A DNA stretch of 46,860 nt from Kineosporiaceae bacterium (lineage in GTDB: Bacteria; Actinomycetota; Actinomycetes; Actinomycetales; Kineosporiaceae): assembly GCA_049283855.1 (NCBI GenBank), contig JBAPWU010000062.1:1-46860 (forward strand), read 5' to 3'. This document shows positions 35,216 to 43,848 of the stretch, in pieces. The position numbers and the translations under genes are program-made. The notes beneath the pieces were generated by a model, which worked only from the letters and a program-made list of their open reading frames with translations, did not search any database and had not been told where the DNA came from. Position 1 is the first letter of the stretch, and the number at the start of each line of letters is the position of its first letter.

Positions 35216-35370
35216 TCAGACTAGAGAGCAACTCCCGTCACGCGTGCGGGGTGTCTGGCACTCGCTCGTTCGAGGCAGTCACCGGGTGCCGGCAGCGGGC
35301 CGGCGGTGGAGAAGATGCTCGTCAGCGCATCCGCCGCGCGCCGAGTCCGTGGGTCCCGGCGTGGCCCGGA

Positions 35371-36057
35371 CTATCCGGCGGGGTGTAGCTGGGTCTTCAG
35401 CCCGGACAGGAGGATGTCGAGTCCACGTTCCAGTTCGGCGGCCCCGTCGTAGTCGGCCAGTACGCTGGCGAGGCTGCGGAGCAGGGGGAACTCGCGCAGC
35501 GGTAGCCGATGCAGACCGAGGCGTAGCAGGTCGTCGGTCTCCTCGTGGTTGTCGACCATCTCCTGGAGTTCGTTCAGGACGTGGCCGTGCAGGAGACCGA
35601 AGAACAAGCGGTAGATGTGCAGGGCGTCGACAGTGGTGAACCCGGCGCGGGTGAGCAGTGCCAGAGTGGCCTCGAGGGGGCGCAGCGTACCCGGTGGCCG
35701 TAGCGCCAGGGGGGTGGACAGGGGGCGGGTGACCAGGAGCGGGACGACCTTGGGGTGGGCCAGGGCGAGGCTGCGGAAGTTGCGGGCGACCGTGCGCAGC
35801 TGCTCGGCCCAGTCCTCGTCCTGGGTGTCGACGGCGAGTTGGTCCAGGACGAGTTCGGCCACTCCGTCCAGCAGTGCGGGCTTGCCCGCTGCGTACCGGT
35901 ACAGGGCCATCGGGTCACGGCCCAGGGCGCGACCCAGACGGCGCATGGACAGGCCTTCGACCCCGTCCTGATCAATGATCGCCAGTGCGGTCCGCAGGAT
36001 CGTGTCGCGGCTCAAGGGAGCGGGATCGCTGACATGGGCGACTGTGGCTCCGGTCAT
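35371..36057 (-). CDS. TetR/AcrR family transcriptional regulator
   Basis: ILRTALAIIDQDGVEGLSMRRLGRALGRDPMALYRYAAGKPALL HTH plus a helical C-terminal domain. ATG at 36057. Confidence 0.85.
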   Translation of the reverse strand: MTGATVAHVSDPAPLSRDTILRTALAIIDQDGVEGLSMRRLGRALGRDPMALYRYAAGKPALLDGVAELVLDQLAVDTQDEDWAEQLRTVARNFRSLALAHPKVVPLLVTRPLSTPLALRPPGTLRPLEATLALLTRAGFTTVDALHIYRLFFGLLHGHVLNELQEMVDNHEETDDLLRLGLHRLPLREFPLLRSLASVLADYDGAAELERGLDILLSGLKTQLHPAG

Positions 36058-36127
36058 CTCTTGGACCCTCTTCCCCGTTGCGTCGCAGCCCTGAGCCGGA
36101 CAAGCAGTGCGATCGGCATCGTAGTTG

Positions 36128-36149
36128 AGCAGTGTAGACCTACGTTGCT
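36128..36149. promoter_or_regulatory. imperfect palindrome AGCAgtGTAGacCTACgtTGCT abutting TTGACA; candidate TetR operator/promoter
   Basis: 16 of 22 positions are symmetric. TTGACA at 36149-36154 and a second TTGACT (36172-36177) with ATAAGT 16 nt downstream, all in the divergent intergenic region. Confidence 0.3.
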
Positions 36150-36290
36150 TGACAACCGGGGTCTCGCGAGGTTGACTTGTGACGAAGCCGCACATAAGTG
36201 GAAAGAGAGGGCATTCAGTCCCTCGTCGCCTTCGCCCAGACCCGCGGTGGCTTACAGGGGACCCATCCCCGGAGTACGCGGAGGCGAGCC

Positions 36291-36725
36291 ATGATCCTCA
36301 TCATCGGACTGCTGATCCTGATCGCTGCGGCTGGTGTCGCGGTAGCGGGAGTGGTGGCCAACAGCGGTAGCGCCCACGCTCTGGGCGAATCCTTCGTGAT
36401 CTTCGGTCAGTCCGTGACCGGACTGTCCACCGGGCAACTCTTCTTGTACGGCATCGTCGTCGGGGTTGTCGGAATGCTCGGGCTGGCGATGCTGCTCGGT
36501 ACGTTCAACCGGCGCCTGGCCTCGCGAGGTTCCCGGCGTGCGCTGAAGGGATCCCGGAGCGAGAGCGCCGCTCTGCGGCTCGACCGTGAGCGGCTCACGC
36601 AGCAACTCGACGACGAGCGGACCGAGCACTCGCGCGTCGGCACGCCGAAGCCCACGAGCCCCTCACCCGCCGCTCCCGACGGCCCGTCCACGGCGCGGGG
36701 CCCGGAGCACGCGGAGCGCTCATGA
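36291..36725 (+). CDS. membrane protein (2 TM) with a charged coiled C-terminal tail
   Basis: ATG at 36291 with GGAGG 6 nt upstream. MILIIGLLILIAAAGVAVAGVV... and a second TM LFLYGIVVGVVGMLGLAMLLG. Confidence 0.6.
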   Translation: MILIIGLLILIAAAGVAVAGVVANSGSAHALGESFVIFGQSVTGLSTGQLFLYGIVVGVVGMLGLAMLLGTFNRRLASRGSRRALKGSRSESAALRLDRERLTQQLDDERTEHSRVGTPKPTSPSPAAPDGPSTARGPEHAERS

Positions 36726-36889
36726 TCCGTCGGATCCTTCCCATCGTGTACCTGCTGATCGGTGTTCTCGTCGCCTCGCAGCACAGCTACCTGGCCAATC
36801 TGAGCACCCTCAACCGCATCCTGTCCGCCGTCCTGGCCGTCGTCCTGTGGCCCCTGGTCCTGCTCGGCATCCACCTGAACATCGCCTGA
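36722..36889 (+). CDS. 55-aa two-TM small membrane protein (below the ORF-track cutoff)
   Basis: ATGA overlap with the upstream stop. MIRRILPIVYLLIGVLVASQHSYLANLSTLNRILSAVLAVVLWPLVLLGIHLNIA. Confidence 0.5.
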   Translation: MIRRILPIVYLLIGVLVASQHSYLANLSTLNRILSAVLAVVLWPLVLLGIHLNIA

Positions 36890-36975
36890 CCAGCACCGGC
36901 ACCATCGCAACCACCCATGCCACAGCCAACCCCTCTCGGCCGCAGGCGCTGCCGAGACCCCTGAGTGAGGAAGCC

Positions 36976-37131
36976 ATGATCGTTCTAGGTGTCGTCCTGA
37001 TCATCATCGGATTCGTGGCCAAGATCGCCATCCTGGAGACCCTCGGCGTCGTCCTGGCCGTGATCGGAGTAGCCCTCCTCGTCCTGGGCAGCATGGGCCG
37101 CGCCGTCGGCGGTCGACGCCACTACTGGTAG
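36976..37131 (+). CDS. 51-aa two-TM small membrane protein
   Basis: MIVLGVVLIIIGFVAKIAILETLGVVLAVIGVALLVLGSMGRAVGGRRHYW. This pattern (…GRAVGGRRHYW/Y) recurs widely in actinobacteria. Confidence 0.6.
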   Translation: MIVLGVVLIIIGFVAKIAILETLGVVLAVIGVALLVLGSMGRAVGGRRHYW

Positions 37132-37246
37132 ACCGCCCACTCGGACGCGCTACCCGACGAGCGACCCGGTCACCGTGCTCACCCGCGGCGCTGCTCGTGC
37201 GCGTGCCCACCGACGACAGCGACACGACCTCAGGACAGGATCCGCG

Positions 37247-38074
37247 ATGAGTGCCACCGGAGGAGCAGCAGCGGCCGGGCGCCGTGCCGCCAACAGCAGG
37301 GCCTTGGAGATCGCCGCCCGGGCAGGGTTCATCGCCCGCGGCGGGATCTACGTCCTGGTCGGCATCATCGCCGTACAGATCGCCCTCGGTCACGGTGGGC
37401 AGGCCGACCGCGGCGGTGCCCTGACCCAGATCGCCACCAAGAGCTACGGCACCGCGCTGCTGTGGGCGCTCGTCCTCGGATTCGCCGGCCTGACGCTGTG
37501 GCGACTGAGCGAAACAGTGTTCGGCGCCAACGCCCCCGGTGGCCAGCAGACAGGCGAGCGACTCAAGTCGCTTGCCTCGGCCGTGCTGTACGCGTTCTTC
37601 GGCGTCAGCACCTTCCAGCTGGTGACCGGGGCATCCACGAACGCCACCGCCAACGGGAACAACCAGCCCAAGGCGGTGACCGCACGGGTCATGACCTACA
37701 GCGGCGGCCGCCTCCTGATCGGACTCGCCGGCATCGTGATCCTGGCCGTCGGCGTCATGCTGGCCCGCTCCAGCTGGACCAAGGAGTTCCTGCAGCGGAT
37801 GAACCTCGCCGGCGCACCCACCGGCACCCGCACCCTCGTGGAGATGCTCGGAGTCATCGGCGGAGTCGCTCGAGGCGCAGTGATCGCACTCGCCGGCGTC
37901 TTCGTTCTCGTCGCCGCCGTGCGCTTCACCCCATCCCGGGCCGAAGGCATGGACGGAACCCTGCGGGCCTTCGCCAGCACACCGCTCGGCCCCTTCCTCC
38001 TGATCGCCGTCGCCCTCGGACTCATCGCGTTCGGAGCGTTCTCCTGGTGCGAGGCCCGCTGGCGGAGGGTCTAG
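37247..38074 (+). CDS. DUF1206-type membrane protein
   Basis: Three repeated TM-pair units (ARAGFIARGGIYVLVGIIAV...; ...LIGLAGIVILAVGV; GVARGAVIALAGVFVLVAA...). Confidence 0.75.
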   Translation: MSATGGAAAAGRRAANSRALEIAARAGFIARGGIYVLVGIIAVQIALGHGGQADRGGALTQIATKSYGTALLWALVLGFAGLTLWRLSETVFGANAPGGQQTGERLKSLASAVLYAFFGVSTFQLVTGASTNATANGNNQPKAVTARVMTYSGGRLLIGLAGIVILAVGVMLARSSWTKEFLQRMNLAGAPTGTRTLVEMLGVIGGVARGAVIALAGVFVLVAAVRFTPSRAEGMDGTLRAFASTPLGPFLLIAVALGLIAFGAFSWCEARWRRV

Positions 38075-38102
38075 TTCTCCTCGAGAGACACTGATGAACG
38101 AC

Positions 38103-38133
38103 TGCACTCATGATGCATTATCATGCACTCATG
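38103..38133 (+). promoter_or_regulatory. 10-bp direct repeat TGCACTCATG ... TGCACTCATG (21-bp register) spanning the XRE gene start
   Basis: Copies at 38103-38112 and 38124-38133, flanking an ATGCAT-centred AT-richer patch. The second copy contains the probable start codon. Confidence 0.3.
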
Positions 38134-38736
38134 GACGAGAGTATCGCCGCTATGGCCTCGGCGATCGGGGGCCGAGTCAGGCGGGAACGTCAGTCGCGGC
38201 AGTGGACGCTGGACCACCTGGCAGAGGCTGCCGGTGTCAGCCGCCGGATGGTGATCAACGTCGAGCAGGGGGCTGCGAACCCCAGCGTGGGAACCCTGTT
38301 ACGAATCAGCGACGCGCTCGGCATTGGACTGCCGGCGCTGGTCGAAGCGCCACAAGCCAAGCCGGTCAGGGTCACCCGCAGCGGCCGCGGCGCTGTGCTG
38401 TGGACCGGTGAGGCCGGCGGACGCGGAGTCCTGGTCGCCGGCACCGAACCGCCCGATGTGCTCGAGTTGTGGGAGTGGACCCTGGGTCCGGGTGACCGTC
38501 ACGTCAGCGAGGCCCACACGCCAGGCACCAGAGAGTTGCTGCACGTCCAGCAGGGCACGATCACGGTCGAGGTCGCGAACGAGTCGCTCACCCTCGCCAC
38601 CGGTGACGCGCTCGCCTTCTCCGGCGACGTGACCCACTCCTACTCCAACTCGGGCACACGCCCGGCGAGGTTCTCCCTGGCGGTCTTCGAGCCGGGTGTG
38701 GGGACAGTTGCCCGATCGACGACGAGCGATGCCTGA
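38131..38736 (+). CDS. XRE-family HTH regulator with C-terminal cupin domain
   Basis: IGGRVRRERQSRQWTLDHLAEAAGVSRRMVINVEQGAANPSVGTLLRISDAL plus a cupin-like segment (ELLHVQQGTITVEV...GDALAFSGDVTHSY). Start is 38131, 38110 or 38152. Confidence 0.85.
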   Translation: MDESIAAMASAIGGRVRRERQSRQWTLDHLAEAAGVSRRMVINVEQGAANPSVGTLLRISDALGIGLPALVEAPQAKPVRVTRSGRGAVLWTGEAGGRGVLVAGTEPPDVLELWEWTLGPGDRHVSEAHTPGTRELLHVQQGTITVEVANESLTLATGDALAFSGDVTHSYSNSGTRPARFSLAVFEPGVGTVARSTTSDA

Positions 38737-38826
38737 GCGCAGTGCAGCGACGCCGCCTCGCCGCCTCGGCGACTGGCAGAGCTATCGCGGCCGGCACCGA
38801 TCACGTCCCCTCCGAAAGGCACACCT

Positions 38827-40071
38827 ATGAATGCCAGTTCGACCGGGCCGTCCGCAGAAGCCATGCGGGGCCGTCCGGACAAGTACGACTGCACCACGCT
38901 GGACGACGCGTCGTGGGCCGTGCACGGCGGAAACCGCGCGGACGACACCACGGGGGCTATCCGCACCCCCATCGTGATGGCGAACTCCTACCGACTCCCG
39001 CGGGACCCGACCACCCTGGACGACTCCGATGTCGACGCGCTCGTCTACACCCGCGAGTCCGGCGCCAATCAGCTTGGCCTGCAGGCGAAGTTGGCCCACC
39101 TGGAGCACGGCGAAGCAGCAGCGGTCTTCGGCACCGGCATGGCAGCCCTGCACGCCACTTTCGTCACGCTGCTGAACCCCGGCGACCACGCCATCGTCTC
39201 CAACGTCGTGTACATGCGGGTCTGGGGCCTGTTCGATTCCCTGCTACCGGCCAAGCTCGGCATCGAGGTCGACTTCGTCGACATCACAGATCTCGACGCC
39301 GTGCGCGCGGCCCTACGCCCCAACACCCGCCTCATTCACACAGAAGTCATCGCCAACCCGGACCTCCGTGTCGCCGAGATCGCCCCGCTCGCCGACATCG
39401 CCCACACCAACGGCGCGCTGCTGACCGTCGATTCAACCTTCACGCCGCCACCCCTGTCGCGACCACTCGACCTGGGCGCAGACCTGGTCATCCACTCCTT
39501 GACCAAGTACATCAACGGCCACGGCGACGCGATGGGTGGCGCCGTCATCGGTACCCGCGACCTCATCGACGAGATCAAGTCAGGTGCCATGCACCACGTG
39601 GGCGGCGCCATCGCCCCGTTCAACGCCTGGCTCATCATGCGCGGCTCCGTCACCTTGCCCCTACGGCTGCAACGCCACTGCGAGAACGCACGAGCCATCG
39701 CGGACTTCCTCGCCCACGATCCCCGGGTTGCCCACGTCGCCTACCCGGGCCTGCCCGGCGACGCCCGACACACCCGGGCAGCAGCCCAGCTCAACGGCAA
39801 CCACGGCGGGATCGTCTCCTTCGCCATCGCGGGCGAACACGAGGACCGTGTGCGGTTCGTCAACGACCTGCGTCTGATCACCTCGGCGGTCTCCCTCGGG
39901 CACGACGAGACCCTCATCGCCTACGAGCAGTATCCCGAAGCTCGGGCAGCTGCCTTCCCATCCCCATTCCGTGACCACGGACTCATCCGACTCGCCGTCG
40001 GTCTCGAGCACGCACAGGACCTCCTCGCGGACCTCGACGCCGCTCTCACCACCGCATACGGCGGGCTTTGA
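38827..40071 (+). CDS. Cys/Met-metabolism PLP-dependent enzyme (methionine gamma-lyase / cystathionine gamma-synthase family)
   Basis: SLTKYINGHGD (PLP lysine motif), GTGMAALHA, TVDSTFTPP and a C-terminal IRLAVGLE. Confidence 0.85.
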   Translation: MNASSTGPSAEAMRGRPDKYDCTTLDDASWAVHGGNRADDTTGAIRTPIVMANSYRLPRDPTTLDDSDVDALVYTRESGANQLGLQAKLAHLEHGEAAAVFGTGMAALHATFVTLLNPGDHAIVSNVVYMRVWGLFDSLLPAKLGIEVDFVDITDLDAVRAALRPNTRLIHTEVIANPDLRVAEIAPLADIAHTNGALLTVDSTFTPPPLSRPLDLGADLVIHSLTKYINGHGDAMGGAVIGTRDLIDEIKSGAMHHVGGAIAPFNAWLIMRGSVTLPLRLQRHCENARAIADFLAHDPRVAHVAYPGLPGDARHTRAAAQLNGNHGGIVSFAIAGEHEDRVRFVNDLRLITSAVSLGHDETLIAYEQYPEARAAAFPSPFRDHGLIRLAVGLEHAQDLLADLDAALTTAYGGL

Positions 40072-40170
40072 CCGAGCCCGCCACGGCGTCACCAGAGCTG
40101 GTATCTACAGGCCCCCTCGGAGCTTCCTGTCAGATGACCGTTTGTCGGGCACGAAGCACCGGAGGCCGTC

Positions 40171-41742
40171 ATGCCGCAGGACCTCGAGATCCTCGTCGAG
40201 CCGTACGAGGACGAGATCACCAACCGGATCGCGCACTGGCGTGACGTGCTGGTGCGGCACGATCGCGTCCGCGAGGGCCTCGGCGACGCCGACCCTTCGA
40301 CGCTCCAGATACTCGGCCCACACCTGCCCGGCCGCAAGCGGGAGGAGTCCTCCCCGTTCGTCGCCACGGTGTTCGACCCGGGGGAGAACCGCGCGGTCGA
40401 GGTCCGGGGACGGCTTGACGCCGATGAGGTCGAGGTGACGTCGAGCGCCTTCCGGCCGAACCCGACCGAGGAGGAACTGCGTGCGGCGGCCGGGATCCTG
40501 CGCGCCGACGAAGGCTTCGCCCGGCTGCGCGAACGGGACGACGTCGTGGTCTACCAGCCGATGCCTCCGCTGTCGGACGCCGAGCGGGACGACGGCACGA
40601 CGGCCCGTCGGATCGGGCTGGCCGTGTTCGACCCGGCCGCCGAGCAGCCCCACCGGTACGCGGCGGTGGACATCGGCGAGCGGCTCGTCGAGTGGGACCC
40701 GGGCTGGTTCCATGCGCTCGACGGGGACTGCGAGGACCACCTGCCCGTCGGGGTCGAGTCCCTCGCCGACGCCGGTGGTCGGGACTGGGTCCGGGTCCGG
40801 GTGATCCGCGGTGGCGAGGAGCTGTGGAACCTCGTCGTCGTTCGCCCACGCGCCTCCGCCCCCACCCACGTCGGCAAGGGTTCGGGTGTCGAGCTCAAGT
40901 ACGTGACCTACCGCGGCCGGCTCGTGCTGTGGCAGGCCCACGTTCCGATTCTCAACGTGCTCTACGACGACGGAGTCACCTACAGGGACTGGCAGAACCA
41001 GGAGACCCCGTTCCTCGCCGACGGCTTCGACCCGGTCGGCCCCGGATGGCGGGTGTGCACCTCACCGCCGGCGACCATCCTGGAGTCCGGCACCGACGCC
41101 GGGAACTTCCAGGGCGTCGCCCTGCACTACGCGGACGGCGAGCTGCGGATCGTCAGCGAGGTCCAGGCCGGCTGGTACCGCTACATGTCCGACTGGCGAC
41201 TGCGCGACGACGGCACGATCGCACCGCGGTTCGGCTTCGCCGGCACCCGCAACCCTCGTACCTGCATGCGCCACCAGCACCACGTGTACTGGCGCCTGGA
41301 CTTCGACATCGACGGTGCCGGGAACGATGTGGTCGAGGAGCGGGGCCTGTCCCTGCCGGGCCGTCCCCTGTGGTGGCGGCTCGTCCGCGAGACGAAGCGC
41401 AAGCGGACCCTCTTCGCGCGGCGGTGGCGGGTCCTGGACGCCCGCACCGGCCGCGGCTACCGCATCAACCCCGGCTCGGCCGACGGCACCGCGGACGGCT
41501 ACGGCGTCGCCGACCTGTGGTTCCTGCGCTACCGGTGGACCGAGCTCGACGACGGCGTCAGCGTCGTCGGCGGAACGCCCACGGACACCCAGTGCCGGCT
41601 CGACCAGTACCTCACCGGGGAGTCGATCGACGGCACCGACGTCGTCATCTGGTACGCCGGGCACTTCGTCCACGACGAGGAACACCCCTCACCGCATCAG
41701 GGCCACATCGTCGGCCCCGAACTGCGGCCCATCAACTGGTAG
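40171..41742 (+). CDS. divergent copper amine oxidase (CAO)-like protein
   Basis: CMRHQHHVYWRLDFDIDGAGNDVVEE parallels the CAO block HQH-x-F-x-x-RLD-x-x-IDG-x-x-N-x-V-E (two Cu ligands). DVVIWYAGHFVHDEE parallels the third-His block. GWYRYMSDWRLRDDGTI sits where CAOs have G-N-Y-(D/E)-Y...DG-I. No signal peptide. Confidence 0.6.
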   Translation: MPQDLEILVEPYEDEITNRIAHWRDVLVRHDRVREGLGDADPSTLQILGPHLPGRKREESSPFVATVFDPGENRAVEVRGRLDADEVEVTSSAFRPNPTEEELRAAAGILRADEGFARLRERDDVVVYQPMPPLSDAERDDGTTARRIGLAVFDPAAEQPHRYAAVDIGERLVEWDPGWFHALDGDCEDHLPVGVESLADAGGRDWVRVRVIRGGEELWNLVVVRPRASAPTHVGKGSGVELKYVTYRGRLVLWQAHVPILNVLYDDGVTYRDWQNQETPFLADGFDPVGPGWRVCTSPPATILESGTDAGNFQGVALHYADGELRIVSEVQAGWYRYMSDWRLRDDGTIAPRFGFAGTRNPRTCMRHQHHVYWRLDFDIDGAGNDVVEERGLSLPGRPLWWRLVRETKRKRTLFARRWRVLDARTGRGYRINPGSADGTADGYGVADLWFLRYRWTELDDGVSVVGGTPTDTQCRLDQYLTGESIDGTDVVIWYAGHFVHDEEHPSPHQGHIVGPELRPINW

Positions 41743-41752
41743 CGGCGGCAGA

Positions 41753-43810
41753 TCAGCCGGCCACCGCCTGGGCGCGGCGCTCCAGCGCGAGCTCGCGGAT
41801 CCTGGCGATGTCCTCCGCGGTGTAGGCGCCATTGACGCCGGAGATCAGGGCCAGCTTCATCCCGTGCTTGAGGCCCAGCTGGTAGATCTCCTTGACCTTC
41901 TCCCACTCGATGTCGCGGCCGACGGTGAAGGTCTCGTAGCGCCCCTCCAGGGCCAGCACGACGGTCTCGGCCAGGCAGGCATAGGCCACGCCCTTCGGAA
42001 GGCCGATGCTCTTCATATTCACGTCGCCGGGCAGCTCGATCTCACCGGACTCGACCACGAGGACGTCGGGACGCTTGGCCACGTCCTCTGCCGAGAGGTC
42101 CAGCGGGCGCGCCACGTCCGTGATCACGCATCCTGGCTTGACCGCCATGATGTCCAGGACGCGCCGACCGGCCCCCGAGGTCGCTGTGACGATGAGATCC
42201 ATGTCCTCGATGTGCCCGTTGGGAGTTGCCGCGACGTGGATCTCGGCCCGGGGGTTCCCTCGTTCGATGTCGTGCTTGAGGGCCAGCAGCTTGGCCGACT
42301 CGGGCGAGACCAGCCACAACTCATCAGTGGACAGGGCCAGCAGCCTGGCGCAGACCGAACCGATGGCCCCGCTGGCGCCCACGACCATGGCCTTGCCCTT
42401 CATCCGTCCCTGGTCGTCGACCTCGGCGAGCCCGAGTTGCAGCAGCGCCTCGTGCGCTGCCCACAGAGCGCCGGAGGCGCTGTAGCTGTTGCCGGTCGTG
42501 ATCGGCAACGGAGCCCGCTTGGCCACCGTCACGCCCGCGTCACCGACGACCTTGGTGAACGCGCCGAGCCCCATGACCTGCGCGCCGAGCTTCCGCGCGG
42601 TCTCGGCCGCCGCGAGCAGCCGTCCGTAGGTGAACTCGGGATCGTGGGCCATCAGTTCCTTGGGGGTTCCCCCCACCGTGATGAGCCAGCCCTCGGCCTC
42701 GGCGCCCGTGGGTGACTTGATGCCGGTGACGTGGCTGTAGGTGAACGGCGGCGAGTACGCCATCGCCTTCTCCACCACGTCCATCACCACCGGGGGCGAC
42801 ATCCTGGTGATCGTGCCGAGTGGCTCGACGTTTCGGAAGTACTCCTGCGACAGCGGGTGGATGACGAAGGCGAACCTGCTCTTCCGCTTGGGCCCGTTCG
42901 GGTAGAGCACCCGGGGCTCCAGGCCCGCTGAGACGATCATGTCGAGCAGATCGTCGTTGGTCAGGCGCCCGCTGCTGGAGGTGATGGCCAGCATCATGGC
43001 CTCGAGGACCGCCGCCGAGACGGTGACGGGGAAGGGCTGAGGAGTGGCGTCGAGCACCATGTCCACGCCGCGGCCGGCCATCTCTGCGAGCCGGTCGTCG
43101 GAGATGGCCGAGGTGACGACGGTCTTGCCGGCCAGATCCTCCAGCCCGAAGCCGGTCAACTCGTCGTAGGTGGCAACCACCACATCGCAGTCGCGTGCGG
43201 CCTTGCGCGCCATCGCGTGGCTGATCCGGTGGCCCGGCGCATTGATCTGGGACTGCACCTGACCCGGGAGCCTCCGGACCGGCCACAGCGCCATCTTCGC
43301 CGCCAGTCCCAGGACCGGGTGGGAGTCGAGCCTGGCCGGCAGATCCAGACGCAGCAGCGGGTCGGCGAACTCCAGGTTCGGGGTGAACTCGCGGAGGATC
43401 CGCGTGGTCCGGTCGTGGTTCACGCCGCCGAGAACCACGATCCGGGCGTTGTTGAAGAACCCCGGCATCTCGGTCTGGACGTGCCGGATCGCCCACTCCT
43501 GCAGGACATCGCGCAGTGCGTGCCCTGCCGTCACGGGTACCGCCGAGGCGGCGTGCATGACCCGCTCGATCGCCTTCAACTCCCCGTCGTACAGCCCGGC
43601 GGCCCGCGCCTCCCGGATGCCGGTGACGGCGATCGCGGCGGCTTGCTCGGCCCACGTGCGGGCGAGCGCCTCCGCGGCGGCGACGTCACCGTTGGTCCCC
43701 ACCCGCACGATCCGGAAGGCGTGGTTGAGGAAGGTGACGTGCTCGTCGTAGTCCCGATCCGACCCCATGAGGCTGACGTTGACGACGAGCGTGGGTGTGG
43801 GCCTTGGCAT
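41753..43810 (-). CDS. fusion protein: N-terminal domain of the family often annotated quinate 5-dehydrogenase, plus a C-terminal acyl-ACP reductase (AAR, EC 1.2.1.80)-like NAD(P) domain
   Basis: ATG at 43810 with AAGGAG upstream. N-terminal half: LVVNVSLMGSDRDYDEHV...RVGTNGD. C-terminal half: FVIHPLS...LGAFTKVV...TTGNSYSA...VVGASGAIGSVCARLL...YACLAETVVLALEG...FTVGRDI, co-linear with my memory of Synechococcus AAR. Confidence 0.7.
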   Translation of the reverse strand: MPRPTPTLVVNVSLMGSDRDYDEHVTFLNHAFRIVRVGTNGDVAAAEALARTWAEQAAAIAVTGIREARAAGLYDGELKAIERVMHAASAVPVTAGHALRDVLQEWAIRHVQTEMPGFFNNARIVVLGGVNHDRTTRILREFTPNLEFADPLLRLDLPARLDSHPVLGLAAKMALWPVRRLPGQVQSQINAPGHRISHAMARKAARDCDVVVATYDELTGFGLEDLAGKTVVTSAISDDRLAEMAGRGVDMVLDATPQPFPVTVSAAVLEAMMLAITSSSGRLTNDDLLDMIVSAGLEPRVLYPNGPKRKSRFAFVIHPLSQEYFRNVEPLGTITRMSPPVVMDVVEKAMAYSPPFTYSHVTGIKSPTGAEAEGWLITVGGTPKELMAHDPEFTYGRLLAAAETARKLGAQVMGLGAFTKVVGDAGVTVAKRAPLPITTGNSYSASGALWAAHEALLQLGLAEVDDQGRMKGKAMVVGASGAIGSVCARLLALSTDELWLVSPESAKLLALKHDIERGNPRAEIHVAATPNGHIEDMDLIVTATSGAGRRVLDIMAVKPGCVITDVARPLDLSAEDVAKRPDVLVVESGEIELPGDVNMKSIGLPKGVAYACLAETVVLALEGRYETFTVGRDIEWEKVKEIYQLGLKHGMKLALISGVNGAYTAEDIARIRELALERRAQAVAG

Positions 43811-43848
43811 GGTGACTCCTTGGGTTGTGCTGCCCTCCGGCTGCGTGC

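Noticed and set aside
37004-38107. 367-aa minus-strand ORF spanning the DUF1206 and small-membrane-protein genes
   Set aside because: Antisense shadow with Gly/Ala/Glu/Asp-rich low-complexity sequence. The plus-strand genes have RBSs, coupled stops/starts and TM-helix periodicity.
38737-38826. Possible SAM/Met riboswitch or leader upstream of the Cys/Met-family PLP gene
   Set aside because: Only about 90 nt are available, and I see none of the conserved SAM-I/SAM-IV helices or the core motif, so the region is too short for a riboswitch.
38742-41825. 410-aa (38742-39974), 377-aa (40692-41825) and 466-aa (41315-42715) plus-strand ORFs, and 40105-40941(-)
   Set aside because: These are off-frame overlaps of the PLP enzyme, the CAO-like gene and the AAR-like gene, with Arg/Pro/His-rich nonsense composition.
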